DNA of 64,000 nucleotides. It comes from an uncultured Chloroflexia bacterium. GTDB taxonomy: Bacteria > Chloroflexota > Dehalococcoidia > UBA2979. Below are positions 1 to 10,214 of the stretch, one piece after another. Position 1 is the first letter of the stretch. Every line of letters starts with the position of its first letter. Both the position numbers and the translations under genes were made by a program. The stretch is taken from contig CAVSIV010000006.1 of NCBI GenBank assembly GCA_963728205.1, positions 1,056,001-1,120,000 on the forward strand, in the 5' to 3' direction. The notes under the pieces are model-generated. The model saw nothing but the letters and a program-made list of their open reading frames with translations. It did no database searches and was not told where the DNA came from.

Positions 1-521
1 GGCATCGGCGGCGGCTCCGGGGTGGGGCCGGCGCTCGGCGGCGGGGGCGAGGCCGGCGGCGTGGACGCGGACGTAGCGTCCGCGCCCGCCTGGCGGCGCG
101 GCTGGTGCGCGATGTCCGAGATCTCCTCCGCCGCCGTCCGCGCGGCGTCCGCCGCCGCGCGCGCAGCGTCGGCCGCGGTGCGTGCGGCCTCCGACGCGAG
201 CCGCGCCGCGTCCGCGACGCGGTCCGCCGCGCGGCGCGCGGTGTCACCGGCCTCGCGTGCCGCCGTGCCCACCTGGTCGCGCCGCAGCCGCTCGCGCAGC
301 GGACCAATCGCCCCCTGTCCCGCCTCCACCTGGTCCGGCCGCGGGACGACGAGCCATGCCACCAGGTAGACCGGCACCGCGATGCCGCCCGACGGGATGA
401 TGGCGATCACCGCGAGCAGCCGCAGCAGGGTGACGTCGAGGTCGTAGCGGCGCGCGATGCCGGCGATCACGCCGCCCAGCATCGCCTCGTCCAGGTCGCG
501 CGTGAGCCGCTCACCCGCCAT
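1..521 (-). CDS. PspC-domain membrane protein with Ala-rich helical and Pro-rich tail (runs off left edge)
   Basis: Not in ORF track; manual translation from ATG 521 (SD GAAGGAGG): MAGERLTRDLDEAMLGGVIAGIARRYDLDVTLLRLLAV...VPVYLVAWLVVP, matching the PspC pattern (L.R....ML.GV.AGIA....D....R ... Y...W...P). Confidence 0.8.
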   Translation of the reverse strand, partial: MAGERLTRDLDEAMLGGVIAGIARRYDLDVTLLRLLAVIAIIPSGGIAVPVYLVAWLVVPRPDQVEAGQGAIGPLRERLRRDQVGTAAREAGDTARRAADRVADAARLASEAARTAADAARAAADAARTAAEEISDIAHQPRRQAGADATSASTPPASPPPPSAGPTPEPPPM

Positions 522-708
522 CTCGCTGCCTCCTTCGTCCGCTGCGAGGACCCATCGTAGCGCGCGACGGGAACGAGAATGCCCGGCCGAAGCCGGAAGC
601 CGGCTACGAGCCGCGCCTCGTCACGGCGCCGGGCGGCTCCACAGTCGTTGGGCGCTCCAGGCGGACGGGGGTGTCCGTGTGCCGACCTCGTGACGGGAGC
701 AGTCGGAG

Positions 709-2649
709 CTAGGGCGCGGAGTGCGCCTCGGCCTCCTCGGTCGCCAGGGCCGTGTCGCCGTGGTGCGTGTACGTCATGTGGTACAGGTCCGCGTACACGC
801 CATCGGCCGCCATCAGATCGTCGTGCGAGCCGCGCTCGACAATCTCGCCATTGCGCATCACCACGATGCGATCGGCGCTGCGGATCGTGGAGAGCCGGTG
901 CGCGATCACGAACGACGTGCGCCCGCGCAGCATCGTCGACAGCGCATCCTGGATCAGCCGCTCCGTGCGCGTGTCGACGTTCGCCGTCGCCTCGTCGAGC
1001 ACCAGGATCCGCGGGTCCGCGATGATGGCGCGCGCGAACGAGATCAGCTGGCGCTGTCCCACGGACAGGTTCGACCCGCGCTCGTGCAGCATCGTGTCGT
1101 ACCCGTGCTCGAGCCGCATGATGAAGTCGTGGGCGCCCACCGCGCGCGCCGCCCGCTCGACGTCTTCGTCGGTGCCGTCGAGCTTTCCGTAGAGGATGTT
1201 CTCGCGCACCGTGCCCGAGAAGAGGTAGGCCTCCTGGAGCACAACGCTCATGCGGTCGCGCAGCGAGTCCACCTTGATGTGCTTGATGTCGTGGCCATCG
1301 ATGCTCAGCGTGCCCTTCTGGATGTCGTAGAAGCGGCTGAGCAGGCCGGTTACCGACGTCTTCCCGGCGCCGGTGTGCCCGACGAAGGCGATCGTCTCTC
1401 CCGGCTGCACGTGCAGATCGAAGTCGCGCAGCACCCAGTTCTCTTCGTTGTAGGCGAACCAGACGTGATCGAAGTCCACGCGGCCCTCGACGTCGTCGAG
1501 CGTGACGGCGTCCGCCGCGTCGACGATCTCGGGCTTCGTGTCGAGCACCTCGAAGATGCGGTGCGCGCCGGCCGTGGCGCGCTGGATCGCGGTGTACTGG
1601 AGGATGATCGACCGCACAGGGTTGAAGAACCGCTGGATGTAGAGCATGAACGCGGTGGCGAACCCGAGCGCGTCGGCCGCGGACAGCGACCCGTTGAAGG
1701 TGCGGATCGCGATCAGCACGAGCACGATGATCATCGACGTCGTCGACAGCACCTCGACGAGCGGCATCACGATCGCCTGCAGCCGCGCGGCGGTGAGGTT
1801 CGACTCCAGGTTCTGCTGGTTGAGCCGGTCGAACTCCTCGAGGTTCTTCTCCTCGCGCCCGAGCGACTGCACGACGCGCACGCCGGAGACGTTCTCGTTG
1901 ATGTTCGCGTTCACGAGCGCGATCGCCTGCCGCACGCGGATGAACGCCTGCGCGGCGTAGCGCTGCCAGAAGATCATCGCCGCGACGAACAGCGGCGTGA
2001 CGGCCAGCGCGGCGATCGCGAGCTGCCAGTCCTTCGCGAAGAGCAGCACGACGATCAGCACGAGACCGAGCGCGTCGCCGAGCACCTGGAACGAGCCGGT
2101 GGTCAGCAGCTCCTGCAGCGTGACGACGTCGGAGGTGACGCGGGACATCACGCGCCCCACCTCTTCGTTGTCGTAGAAACGGAGCGAGAGGCGGTTCAGG
2201 TGCTCGAACATCATGCTGCGCAGGTTGCGCAGGACGGAGTGTCCGACGTAGCCGGTCATCAGGTTCTGCGTCATCGACGCCAGGAACGAGATCAGTGACA
2301 GCACGACGAGGATCAGGCCGAAGCGGAGCACGTCGTCGCCGGCCTGGTGGACCACCGCCGGATCCGAGCTCCGCAGCTTCGCGACGATCGACGTGACGGC
2401 GCTGCCCATGATGAAAGGCTGCGAGTACGAAGCGATCGCGTACACGACCATCGACACGAGGGCGATGATCATCCGCCACTTGTGTGGGCCGAGGAACGGC
2501 AGCAGCCGCCGCATCAGCGCCGGGTCGTAGACCGCGCCGAGCTCGTTGTAGTCCCAGCCGTCGGCCGCGCGCCCGCCGCGGAACGCGGGGCCGCGCCCGC
2601 CGCCCGGACCGCCGCCCCAGCCGGCGCCTCCGCCACCCCAGTACGCCAC
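709..2649 (-). CDS. ABC exporter, TMD+NBD half-transporter (TM288-like subunit)
   Basis: GTG 2649 overlaps upstream TAG; 6-TM domain, Walker A GHTGAGKT, signature LSVGQ, Walker B VLDEAT, H-loop IAHRL. Confidence 0.93.
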   Translation of the reverse strand: MAYWGGGGAGWGGGPGGGRGPAFRGGRAADGWDYNELGAVYDPALMRRLLPFLGPHKWRMIIALVSMVVYAIASYSQPFIMGSAVTSIVAKLRSSDPAVVHQAGDDVLRFGLILVVLSLISFLASMTQNLMTGYVGHSVLRNLRSMMFEHLNRLSLRFYDNEEVGRVMSRVTSDVVTLQELLTTGSFQVLGDALGLVLIVVLLFAKDWQLAIAALAVTPLFVAAMIFWQRYAAQAFIRVRQAIALVNANINENVSGVRVVQSLGREEKNLEEFDRLNQQNLESNLTAARLQAIVMPLVEVLSTTSMIIVLVLIAIRTFNGSLSAADALGFATAFMLYIQRFFNPVRSIILQYTAIQRATAGAHRIFEVLDTKPEIVDAADAVTLDDVEGRVDFDHVWFAYNEENWVLRDFDLHVQPGETIAFVGHTGAGKTSVTGLLSRFYDIQKGTLSIDGHDIKHIKVDSLRDRMSVVLQEAYLFSGTVRENILYGKLDGTDEDVERAARAVGAHDFIMRLEHGYDTMLHERGSNLSVGQRQLISFARAIIADPRILVLDEATANVDTRTERLIQDALSTMLRGRTSFVIAHRLSTIRSADRIVVMRNGEIVERGSHDDLMAADGVYADLYHMTYTHHGDTALATEEAEAHSAP

Positions 2650-4475
2650 TAGGTGCCTCCCCCGGCGTCGCCGGATGTGCGGAGCGCCTCCTGCTGCTGC
2701 GCCTCGTCCTGGTCGCGCAGCTCGAGGTCGTAGATCTGCTGGTAGAAGCCGCCGCCCTCCAGCAGCTCCTCGTGCGTGCCGCGCTCGACGACCTCGCCGT
2801 CGCGCAACACCACGATCTGATCGGCCTCCTTCACCGTGCGCAGCCGCTGGGCGATCACGAAGGTCGTCCGCCCGCGCATCAGGTTGTGGAGCGCTTCCTG
2901 GATCAGGAACTCGGTGCGCATGTCCACGGCGGCGGTGGAGTCGTCGAAGATCAGCACCTTCGGATCGAGCAGCAGCGTGCGCGCGATCGCGACGCGCTGG
3001 CGCTGGCCGCCCGACAACGTCGTGCCGCGCTCGCCGACCCACGTGTCGTAGCCGTCCGGCAGCTGCTCGATGAACTCGTGGATCCGCGCCGCCTCGGCGG
3101 CCGCGATGATCTCCTCCTCGGTCGCGTCCGGACGCCCGTACGCGATGTTGTTGCGGATGGTGTCCACGAAGAGGAAGACGTCCTGCTGGACGATGCCGAT
3201 CGAGTCGCGCAGCGACTGCAGCGTCACGTCACGGATGTCCTGCCCGTCGATCGTGATCCGCCCGGCCGTCACGTCGTAGAAGCGCGGCAGCAGGTTCACC
3301 ACCGTCGACTTGCCGGAGCCCGTCGGGCCGAGTAGCGCGACGGTCTGACCGGGCAGCGCGTCGATGTCGATGTTGCGCAGCACCGACGCGAACGCGTCGT
3401 AGCCGAACGAGACGTGCTCGAACCGCACGCGGCCCTCGGTCACGCGCAGCGGCGACGCGCCGGGCTTCTCCTGGACCGCCGACTCCGCATCGAGGATCTC
3501 GTAGACGCGCGAGCCCGCGGAGTGCGCGCGCGCGAACATGTTGATGATGAAGCCGACGGAGCGCACCGGCACCTGCAGCAGGGTCAGGTAGAGCTGAAAC
3601 GCGATCAGGTCGCCGACCTGCATGCGGCCCGCGACGATCTCGCCGGCGCCGACCCAGAACACGACCGCCAGCGAGACCAGCCACATCGACTGCATGAACG
3701 GGTTGTTGAAGGCCTGGAACTTCGCGGTGGAGTACGACTCGTTGAACAGCATGTCGACCTTCGCGTCGAACTTCCGCTGCTCGAAGCGGGCGCGCGAGAA
3801 CGCCTTCACGACCCGCTGCCCCGTGAGGTTCTCCTGCAGCACGGTCGCCATCTGGCCCTGCAGGTCCTGCACCTTGAGCCAGATCGGCCGCAGCATGAGC
3901 GACGTCACGGAGGACTGCACGGCGACGATCGGCACGAAGATGAAGGCGACCGCGGCCACCTTCACGTTCGTCGAGAACATCAGCGCGTACGAGACGGACA
4001 CGAGCACGATCACGTAGATGAACCGCAGCACGCCCATGCTGACGAACTGCCGCAGCCCCTCCACGTCCTGCGTGGCGCGCGACATGATCTGACCGATTTG
4101 GGCGTCGTCGTGATAGGCGTAGGACAGCCGCTGCAGGCGGTCGTAGATGTCGTTGCGGAAGTCGTAGGCGATCGACTGCGAGATCTTCTCGCCGATGTAG
4201 GTCTGACCGTAGGCGAAGGCGCCTCGCAGCAGCGCGGCGCCGAGGAGCAGCGCGCACGCGAGGACGATCGTTGCCATGCTGCCCTCGGCCACCTGGCCGC
4301 TGGCCCGCTCGTGGATGCTCAGGCCGGTGTCGACGGCGAAGCCGATCAGCTTCGGGGTGGCGACCGTGAACACGCTGGCACCGGCGAGCGCGAAGATCGC
4401 GAACAGCGTCAGCCCCTTGTAGGGCCACGCTCTGCCGATCAGGCGCAGCAGGATGGGCATTCGGCGCCGCTGCAT
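2649..4475 (-). CDS. ABC exporter, TMD+NBD half-transporter (TM287-like subunit)
   Basis: Walker A GPTGSGKS, LSGGQ, degenerate Walker B IFDD and switch IAQRL; start ATG 4475 preferred. Confidence 0.93.
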   Translation of the reverse strand: MQRRRMPILLRLIGRAWPYKGLTLFAIFALAGASVFTVATPKLIGFAVDTGLSIHERASGQVAEGSMATIVLACALLLGAALLRGAFAYGQTYIGEKISQSIAYDFRNDIYDRLQRLSYAYHDDAQIGQIMSRATQDVEGLRQFVSMGVLRFIYVIVLVSVSYALMFSTNVKVAAVAFIFVPIVAVQSSVTSLMLRPIWLKVQDLQGQMATVLQENLTGQRVVKAFSRARFEQRKFDAKVDMLFNESYSTAKFQAFNNPFMQSMWLVSLAVVFWVGAGEIVAGRMQVGDLIAFQLYLTLLQVPVRSVGFIINMFARAHSAGSRVYEILDAESAVQEKPGASPLRVTEGRVRFEHVSFGYDAFASVLRNIDIDALPGQTVALLGPTGSGKSTVVNLLPRFYDVTAGRITIDGQDIRDVTLQSLRDSIGIVQQDVFLFVDTIRNNIAYGRPDATEEEIIAAAEAARIHEFIEQLPDGYDTWVGERGTTLSGGQRQRVAIARTLLLDPKVLIFDDSTAAVDMRTEFLIQEALHNLMRGRTTFVIAQRLRTVKEADQIVVLRDGEVVERGTHEELLEGGGFYQQIYDLELRDQDEAQQQEALRTSGDAGGGT

Positions 4476-4552
4476 CTCGTCTCCCGTTGGTCTGATCACG
4501 CGGACCGCAGGCGGGTCGCGAGGGGGGCGCCCAGAAGGGACGCGGTTACCGC

Positions 4553-4582
4553 ACCCTAACCACAGTCTAACGTTAGCGTAAA
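4553..4582 (-). promoter_or_regulatory. Putative promoter (TTTACG-N18-TAGGGT) with palindromic operator CTAACGTTAG
   Basis: Motifs read directly; perfect 10-bp palindrome at 4567-4576 in the spacer, upstream of the ABC pair. Confidence 0.45.
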
Positions 4583-4764
4583 GTGCGGTCGGGTTCGGGC
4601 GGATGAGCGGCAGCGGGTTCCCGCAGGTAACGACGGTGCGCTCTTCCAGTCAAGGCGCGCCCCGCCCGGGACGGTCGCGGGTAGCCCGCCAACCGCGCGA
4701 CCGCGACCTCCGATACAATGCAGATTGCGCCGACCGCCCACCACCATTCGAATGCCAGGCATCG

Positions 4765-5577
4765 ATGCAGAACCTGAAAACGGTCGTGCTGCTTGCTGCC
4801 ATCAGCGGCCTCCTGATCGCCGTCGGCGGCGCAATCGGAGGGCTGAGCGGCATCATCGTCTTCGCGGTGATCGCCGGGGCGATGAACTTCGCTTCGTACT
4901 GGTTCTCGGCCGACATCGTCCTGAAGACCGCGGGCGCGAGCGAGATCCAGCGGGCGCAGGACCCGGCGCTCTTCGCGCTGATCGAAGGCGTCGCGCGCGA
5001 GGCCGGCATGCCCACGCCGCGCGTCTACGTCATCAGCTCGCCCCAGCCGAATGCCTTCGCCACCGGGCGCAACCCGCAGCACGCCGCCGTAGCGGTCACG
5101 ACCGGCATCCGCGCGCTGCTCACCGAGCGCGAGCTGCGCGGTGTCCTCGGCCATGAGCTCGCGCACGTCCGCAATCGCGACATCCTCACCTCGTCGATCG
5201 TCGCCACGATCGCGTCGGCGATCTCGATGATCGCCTACATGTCGTTCTGGTTCGGCGGCCGCCGCAACAACGGGACGGGCCTGCTCGCCGCACTGCTCGC
5301 ACCGGTGGCCGCGATGCTGATCCAGCTCGGCATCAGCCGGTCGCGGGAGTACCAGGCGGACAGCGACGGCGCGCGCATCGTGCACGACCCCGAGGCGCTC
5401 GCGTCCGCGCTCGCGAAGCTCGAGGGCGGGGCGCGGCGCGTGCCGATGCAGGTGCCGGAGGCAACGGCGCACCTCTTCATCGTGAACCCCCTCGGCGGGC
5501 GCAACATCGGCGGCCTGTTCTCGACGCACCCGCCGATCGAGGACCGCATCCAGCGGCTGCGCCGCATGAACGACTGA
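4765..5577 (+). CDS. htpX: HtpX M48 zinc metalloprotease
   Basis: PNAFATGRNP, HELAH zinc motif, SRSREYQAD, FSTHPP. Confidence 0.95.
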   Translation: MQNLKTVVLLAAISGLLIAVGGAIGGLSGIIVFAVIAGAMNFASYWFSADIVLKTAGASEIQRAQDPALFALIEGVAREAGMPTPRVYVISSPQPNAFATGRNPQHAAVAVTTGIRALLTERELRGVLGHELAHVRNRDILTSSIVATIASAISMIAYMSFWFGGRRNNGTGLLAALLAPVAAMLIQLGISRSREYQADSDGARIVHDPEALASALAKLEGGARRVPMQVPEATAHLFIVNPLGGRNIGGLFSTHPPIEDRIQRLRRMND

Positions 5578-5605
5578 ACGAGCGCCGCGATGGGGGCGCG
5601 CGGGG

Positions 5606-6544
5606 CTAGCGGGGCAGGCGAACGCGCACGCAGGTGCCGCGCGTGACCTCGGGGTCGATCCACACGCTGCCGCCGAGGCCGGTGACGAGCTTGCGAACGG
5701 TCGCGAGGCCGAGGCCGTGTCCATCGCCTCCGCGGGCGAGCCGGACATGACGCGCGAAGACCCGCTCGCGATCGGCGGGCGCGATCCCGATGCCGTTGTC
5801 GCGCACTGCGATCTCGACCGCGTTCGCCGACGCCGTCGCCTCGATGGCGATGCGCGGCACGGTGTCGGGTCGGCGATAGCGCACGGCGTTCTCCACCACG
5901 TTCTCGAAGATCCGATAGCAGGATGCCTCGTCCGCCGGAACGCGCGGGAGCGAGCCGACGGCGATCTCGGCGCCGGCGTCCGCGATGTCCGCGTGCAGCG
6001 CCTCGACGACGTCGCGCATCACCGCCGCCAGGTCGGTCGGGCGCGCCGACGCGGCCGCCGGCGCAGCCGCGCGCGTGCCGACCTCCGCGACGAGCGCGGC
6101 TTCGAGTAGCGCGTGTGCGCGCGACGACGCGCGCGCTGCGTGCTCGGCGGCATGGCGCGCGGCCTCGGGGAGCGGGCCGAACGCCTCCTCGAGCATCAGG
6201 TCGAGGTAGGAGCACACGGTGACGATTGGTCCGCGCACGTCGTGCGCCGCGTCGGCGGCGCTCGCGCGCAGCGCGGACTGCTCGGATTGCAGGGTCGCGA
6301 CCTGCGCGAGGAGCTCGCGGTGCGACTCGCGCATGGCGTAGAGGTGCCACCCGCCGGTGAGGGCGAGCCCGCCGTGCACCGCGAGAGCGAGGGCCGACAC
6401 CACGGCGGGCCACCCGGCGTGACTGCCGGCGGCGGCGAGGGCGATGCCGGTGAACGCGGCGGCGAAGACCACGGACCACCGCCCGAGGTCGGGCAGGTCC
6501 GAGCGCCAGCCTGTCGCGAGAGCGGCCGGGGAGCGTGCCGCCAT
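5606..6544 (-). CDS. Membrane sensor histidine kinase (orphan)
   Basis: 2 N-terminal TM helices, H-box AHDVRGP, N-box ENAVRY, DNGIGI, GHGLGL. Confidence 0.9.
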   Translation of the reverse strand: MAARSPAALATGWRSDLPDLGRWSVVFAAAFTGIALAAAGSHAGWPAVVSALALAVHGGLALTGGWHLYAMRESHRELLAQVATLQSEQSALRASAADAAHDVRGPIVTVCSYLDLMLEEAFGPLPEAARHAAEHAARASSRAHALLEAALVAEVGTRAAAPAAASARPTDLAAVMRDVVEALHADIADAGAEIAVGSLPRVPADEASCYRIFENVVENAVRYRRPDTVPRIAIEATASANAVEIAVRDNGIGIAPADRERVFARHVRLARGGDGHGLGLATVRKLVTGLGGSVWIDPEVTRGTCVRVRLPR

Positions 6545-6689
6545 GCGCTGCCTCCGCTCTCTGAGGGGCCCATCCGCGCGGGGCCCGCGGGCTAGGATGA
6601 AGCGTAGTGATGCACGCGTTCGGCCCTGAATCGGTGATTACCCTGACCTCCGCCGCGCCGACGACGGCGCGCGCCACCGTCGGCGCCGC

Positions 6690-7265
6690 GTGATGAACGA
6701 CCGCGAGCTGCGCGAACGCATGGCGCCCGGCCTGCCGGCTGGCCTGGTCGCGCACATCGATCGCGTGGTGCTGCTCGCGTCGCAGCTGGCGGCGCGCCAC
6801 GGCTACGACGCGGCGCTGGCCCGGCTCGCGGCGCAGGGCCACGACGTCGCGCGCGCCGCCCCCCCGGCCGAGTTGCTCGCGCGCGCCGAGGCGCTGGGCA
6901 TCGCGATCGACCCGGTGGAACGCGCCGAGCCGGTCCTCCTGCACGGGCCCGTCGGCGCGACGGAGCTCGCCGACCGCTTCGGACTCGCGGACGACACCGT
7001 CCTCCACGCGGTGTGGTGGCACACCACGGGCCATCCCGATTTCGGCCCGGAAGCGTGGACGATGTTCGTCGCGGACAAGGTCGAACCCGACAAAGTCCGG
7101 CGCCGGCCCGCGCTCCGCGCGATCGAAGAGCTCGCGGCCACATCGATCGAACAGGCGGCGCTCGCGTACCTCGATCAGCTCCTGCGCGACGTCGTCGAGC
7201 GCGGGTGGCAGCTCCACCCGATGGCGAACCTCGCGCGCAACGCGCTGCTCGCGCGCGCGCACTGA
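6690..7265 (+). CDS. yqeK: YqeK-like HD hydrolase (Ap4A hydrolase family)
   Basis: H...HD, LLHG, HTTG, VADKVEP motifs. Confidence 0.85.
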   Translation: MMNDRELRERMAPGLPAGLVAHIDRVVLLASQLAARHGYDAALARLAAQGHDVARAAPPAELLARAEALGIAIDPVERAEPVLLHGPVGATELADRFGLADDTVLHAVWWHTTGHPDFGPEAWTMFVADKVEPDKVRRRPALRAIEELAATSIEQAALAYLDQLLRDVVERGWQLHPMANLARNALLARAH

Positions 7266-7271
7266 GATGCG

Positions 7272-7299
7272 AAGAGGCCGCCCCTCAGGGCGGCCTCTT
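7272..7299. terminator. Bidirectional hairpin terminator
   Basis: AAGAGGCCGCCC-CTCA-GGGCGGCCTCTT between convergent genes. Confidence 0.8.
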
Positions 7300-7322
7300 G
7301 CAAGTCGAACCGGGGAGCGAGG

Positions 7323-8438
7323 CTAGATGCCGAGCTCCTGCGCGACCAGCTCGCGGTGGTAGTCGGCGTCGCCGAAGGCCAGCTCCGCGCGCTTCTGGCG
7401 GCGGAAGTACAGCTGGATCTTGTAGTCCTTCGTGAAGCCGATGCCGCCGTGGATCTGCTGGCCATGCGCGACGACGCGACGGGTCGCCTCGGAGGTCCAC
7501 GCCTTCGCCATGTTGATGGCAAGCTGGGTCTCGTCGGCCGGCTGCTCGCTGGCGAGCGACCAGGCCGCCTTGTACATGATGAACCGCGAGCCGTCGACGT
7601 CCGTGACCATGTCCGCGCACTTGTGCTGGATGGCCTGGAACGAGCCAATCGGGCGGCCGAACTGCACGCGCTCCTTGGCGTAGTCGACGGAGATCTCGAA
7701 GTCCATCTGCGAGAGGCCGACGAGGTACGCACACTCGGCGACGGTGTAGCGCTGGATGACCGGCTTCAGGAGGTCCCAGCCCGCGCCGTCGGCGCCGAGC
7801 AGCTGGCCCTTGGCGTCGTTGAGCTTGACCTCGCACTGCTTGTCGCGCGCGATCGTCTGGAGCTGCGTGATCTCGACGCCCGGCTGGTCGGTGGCGACGA
7901 TGCCCAGCGTCACGCCCTTGCCCGAGCGGCCGGCGACGACCATGTAGTCGGCAACGTTCGCGTCGGAGACGAAGAGCTTCGTGCCGCTGAACGTCACGTC
8001 GTTGCCGCTCACGGTGGCCTTGCACTGCACGCCCTGCTCGTCGAAGCGAGCGGAGGGCTCGGTCAGTGCGAGCGTGAAGATGAGGTCGCCAGAGGCGATC
8101 TTCGGGAGGAACTCGGCCTTCTGCGCGTCCGAGCCGGCGACCATCAGCGGCACCGCGCCGCCGAGCACCGTCGACATGAAGGGACCGGGCACGAGCGCGC
8201 GCCCGAACTCCTCGAGCAGCACGCAGAGGTCCAGGAAGTCGAAGCCGGCGCCGCCGTGCTCCTCCGGGACCAGCAGGCCCTGCCAGCCCTGCTCGGCCAT
8301 CTTCGACCAGAGCTCGGGCGAGTAGCCCTTCTCGTCCTCTTCCATCTCGCGAACGAGCGTCTCGGGGCACTCGTTCTCGAGGAAGTCCCGGGCCGCGTTC
8401 TTCAGAAGCTCCTGCTGTTCGTTCAGACCAAGGTCCAC
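7323..8438 (-). CDS. Acyl-CoA dehydrogenase, alpha-type subunit of a heteromeric pair
   Basis: GTG 8438; ALTEP, RVQFGRPIGSFQAIQH, QIHGGIGFT, FGDADYH. Confidence 0.92.
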   Translation of the reverse strand: MDLGLNEQQELLKNAARDFLENECPETLVREMEEDEKGYSPELWSKMAEQGWQGLLVPEEHGGAGFDFLDLCVLLEEFGRALVPGPFMSTVLGGAVPLMVAGSDAQKAEFLPKIASGDLIFTLALTEPSARFDEQGVQCKATVSGNDVTFSGTKLFVSDANVADYMVVAGRSGKGVTLGIVATDQPGVEITQLQTIARDKQCEVKLNDAKGQLLGADGAGWDLLKPVIQRYTVAECAYLVGLSQMDFEISVDYAKERVQFGRPIGSFQAIQHKCADMVTDVDGSRFIMYKAAWSLASEQPADETQLAINMAKAWTSEATRRVVAHGQQIHGGIGFTKDYKIQLYFRRQKRAELAFGDADYHRELVAQELGI

Positions 8439-8534
8439 GTCGGAGTCCCTCCCTGTCCCCGCTCGTTCGTCGGGGCGCCCGTTCTTATATCGAGTCGCGG
8501 GACCCGCGTCCAGCGACAAAGCGCGTAGCCGGTC

Positions 8535-9761
<1,227 letters not shown>

Positions 9762-9920
9762 GGAGTCCCTCCTCGTATCCGATGGGCGGTGCGCGGCGTC
9801 CGCGCGGGAGCGCGGCCGGGGCGCGGACACCTCGCGGGGAGGCGGTCGCGCAACCCTCGATCGCAGGTAGGTGACGTGCTCGGGCCGGCTCGCCGCAGTT
9901 GCCGGGCGCGCACCATGCGC

Positions 9921-9949
9921 ACTATGTGTCTTGCCGCTGCCGCGGTCAA
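9921..9949 (-). promoter_or_regulatory. Putative sigma70 promoter for the ACAD operon
   Basis: TTGACC-N17-CATAGT on the minus strand. Confidence 0.45.
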
Positions 9950-10214
9950 CTGGCCCCTACCTTGACGTGAAGGGCGGACCGGCAGACCTTGCTCACCCCC
10001 CACGCGGGCGGCGCCGCGACCGGGCGAATGGCGCAGCATCGGCTCGTACACACCGCTCGCGATCGGGGCGACCCACTGATGTCGGGCGAAGAACGACGTA
10101 CATCCCTTAGGGAAAGTCCTAGTTGACCGATTTCCCGGCCACTACACATGATCGAACACCTCGGATCTTCGATCGAGGAGACCGGGCTTGAGGGAACTGG
10201 CAAAGGGGTCGGGT

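Noticed and set aside
9762-10214. Riboswitch or sRNA in the long divergent intergenic region
   Set aside because: No recognisable riboswitch consensus; divergent promoters (9921-9949 minus, 10123-10152 plus) explain much of it. An Rfam scan would be needed.
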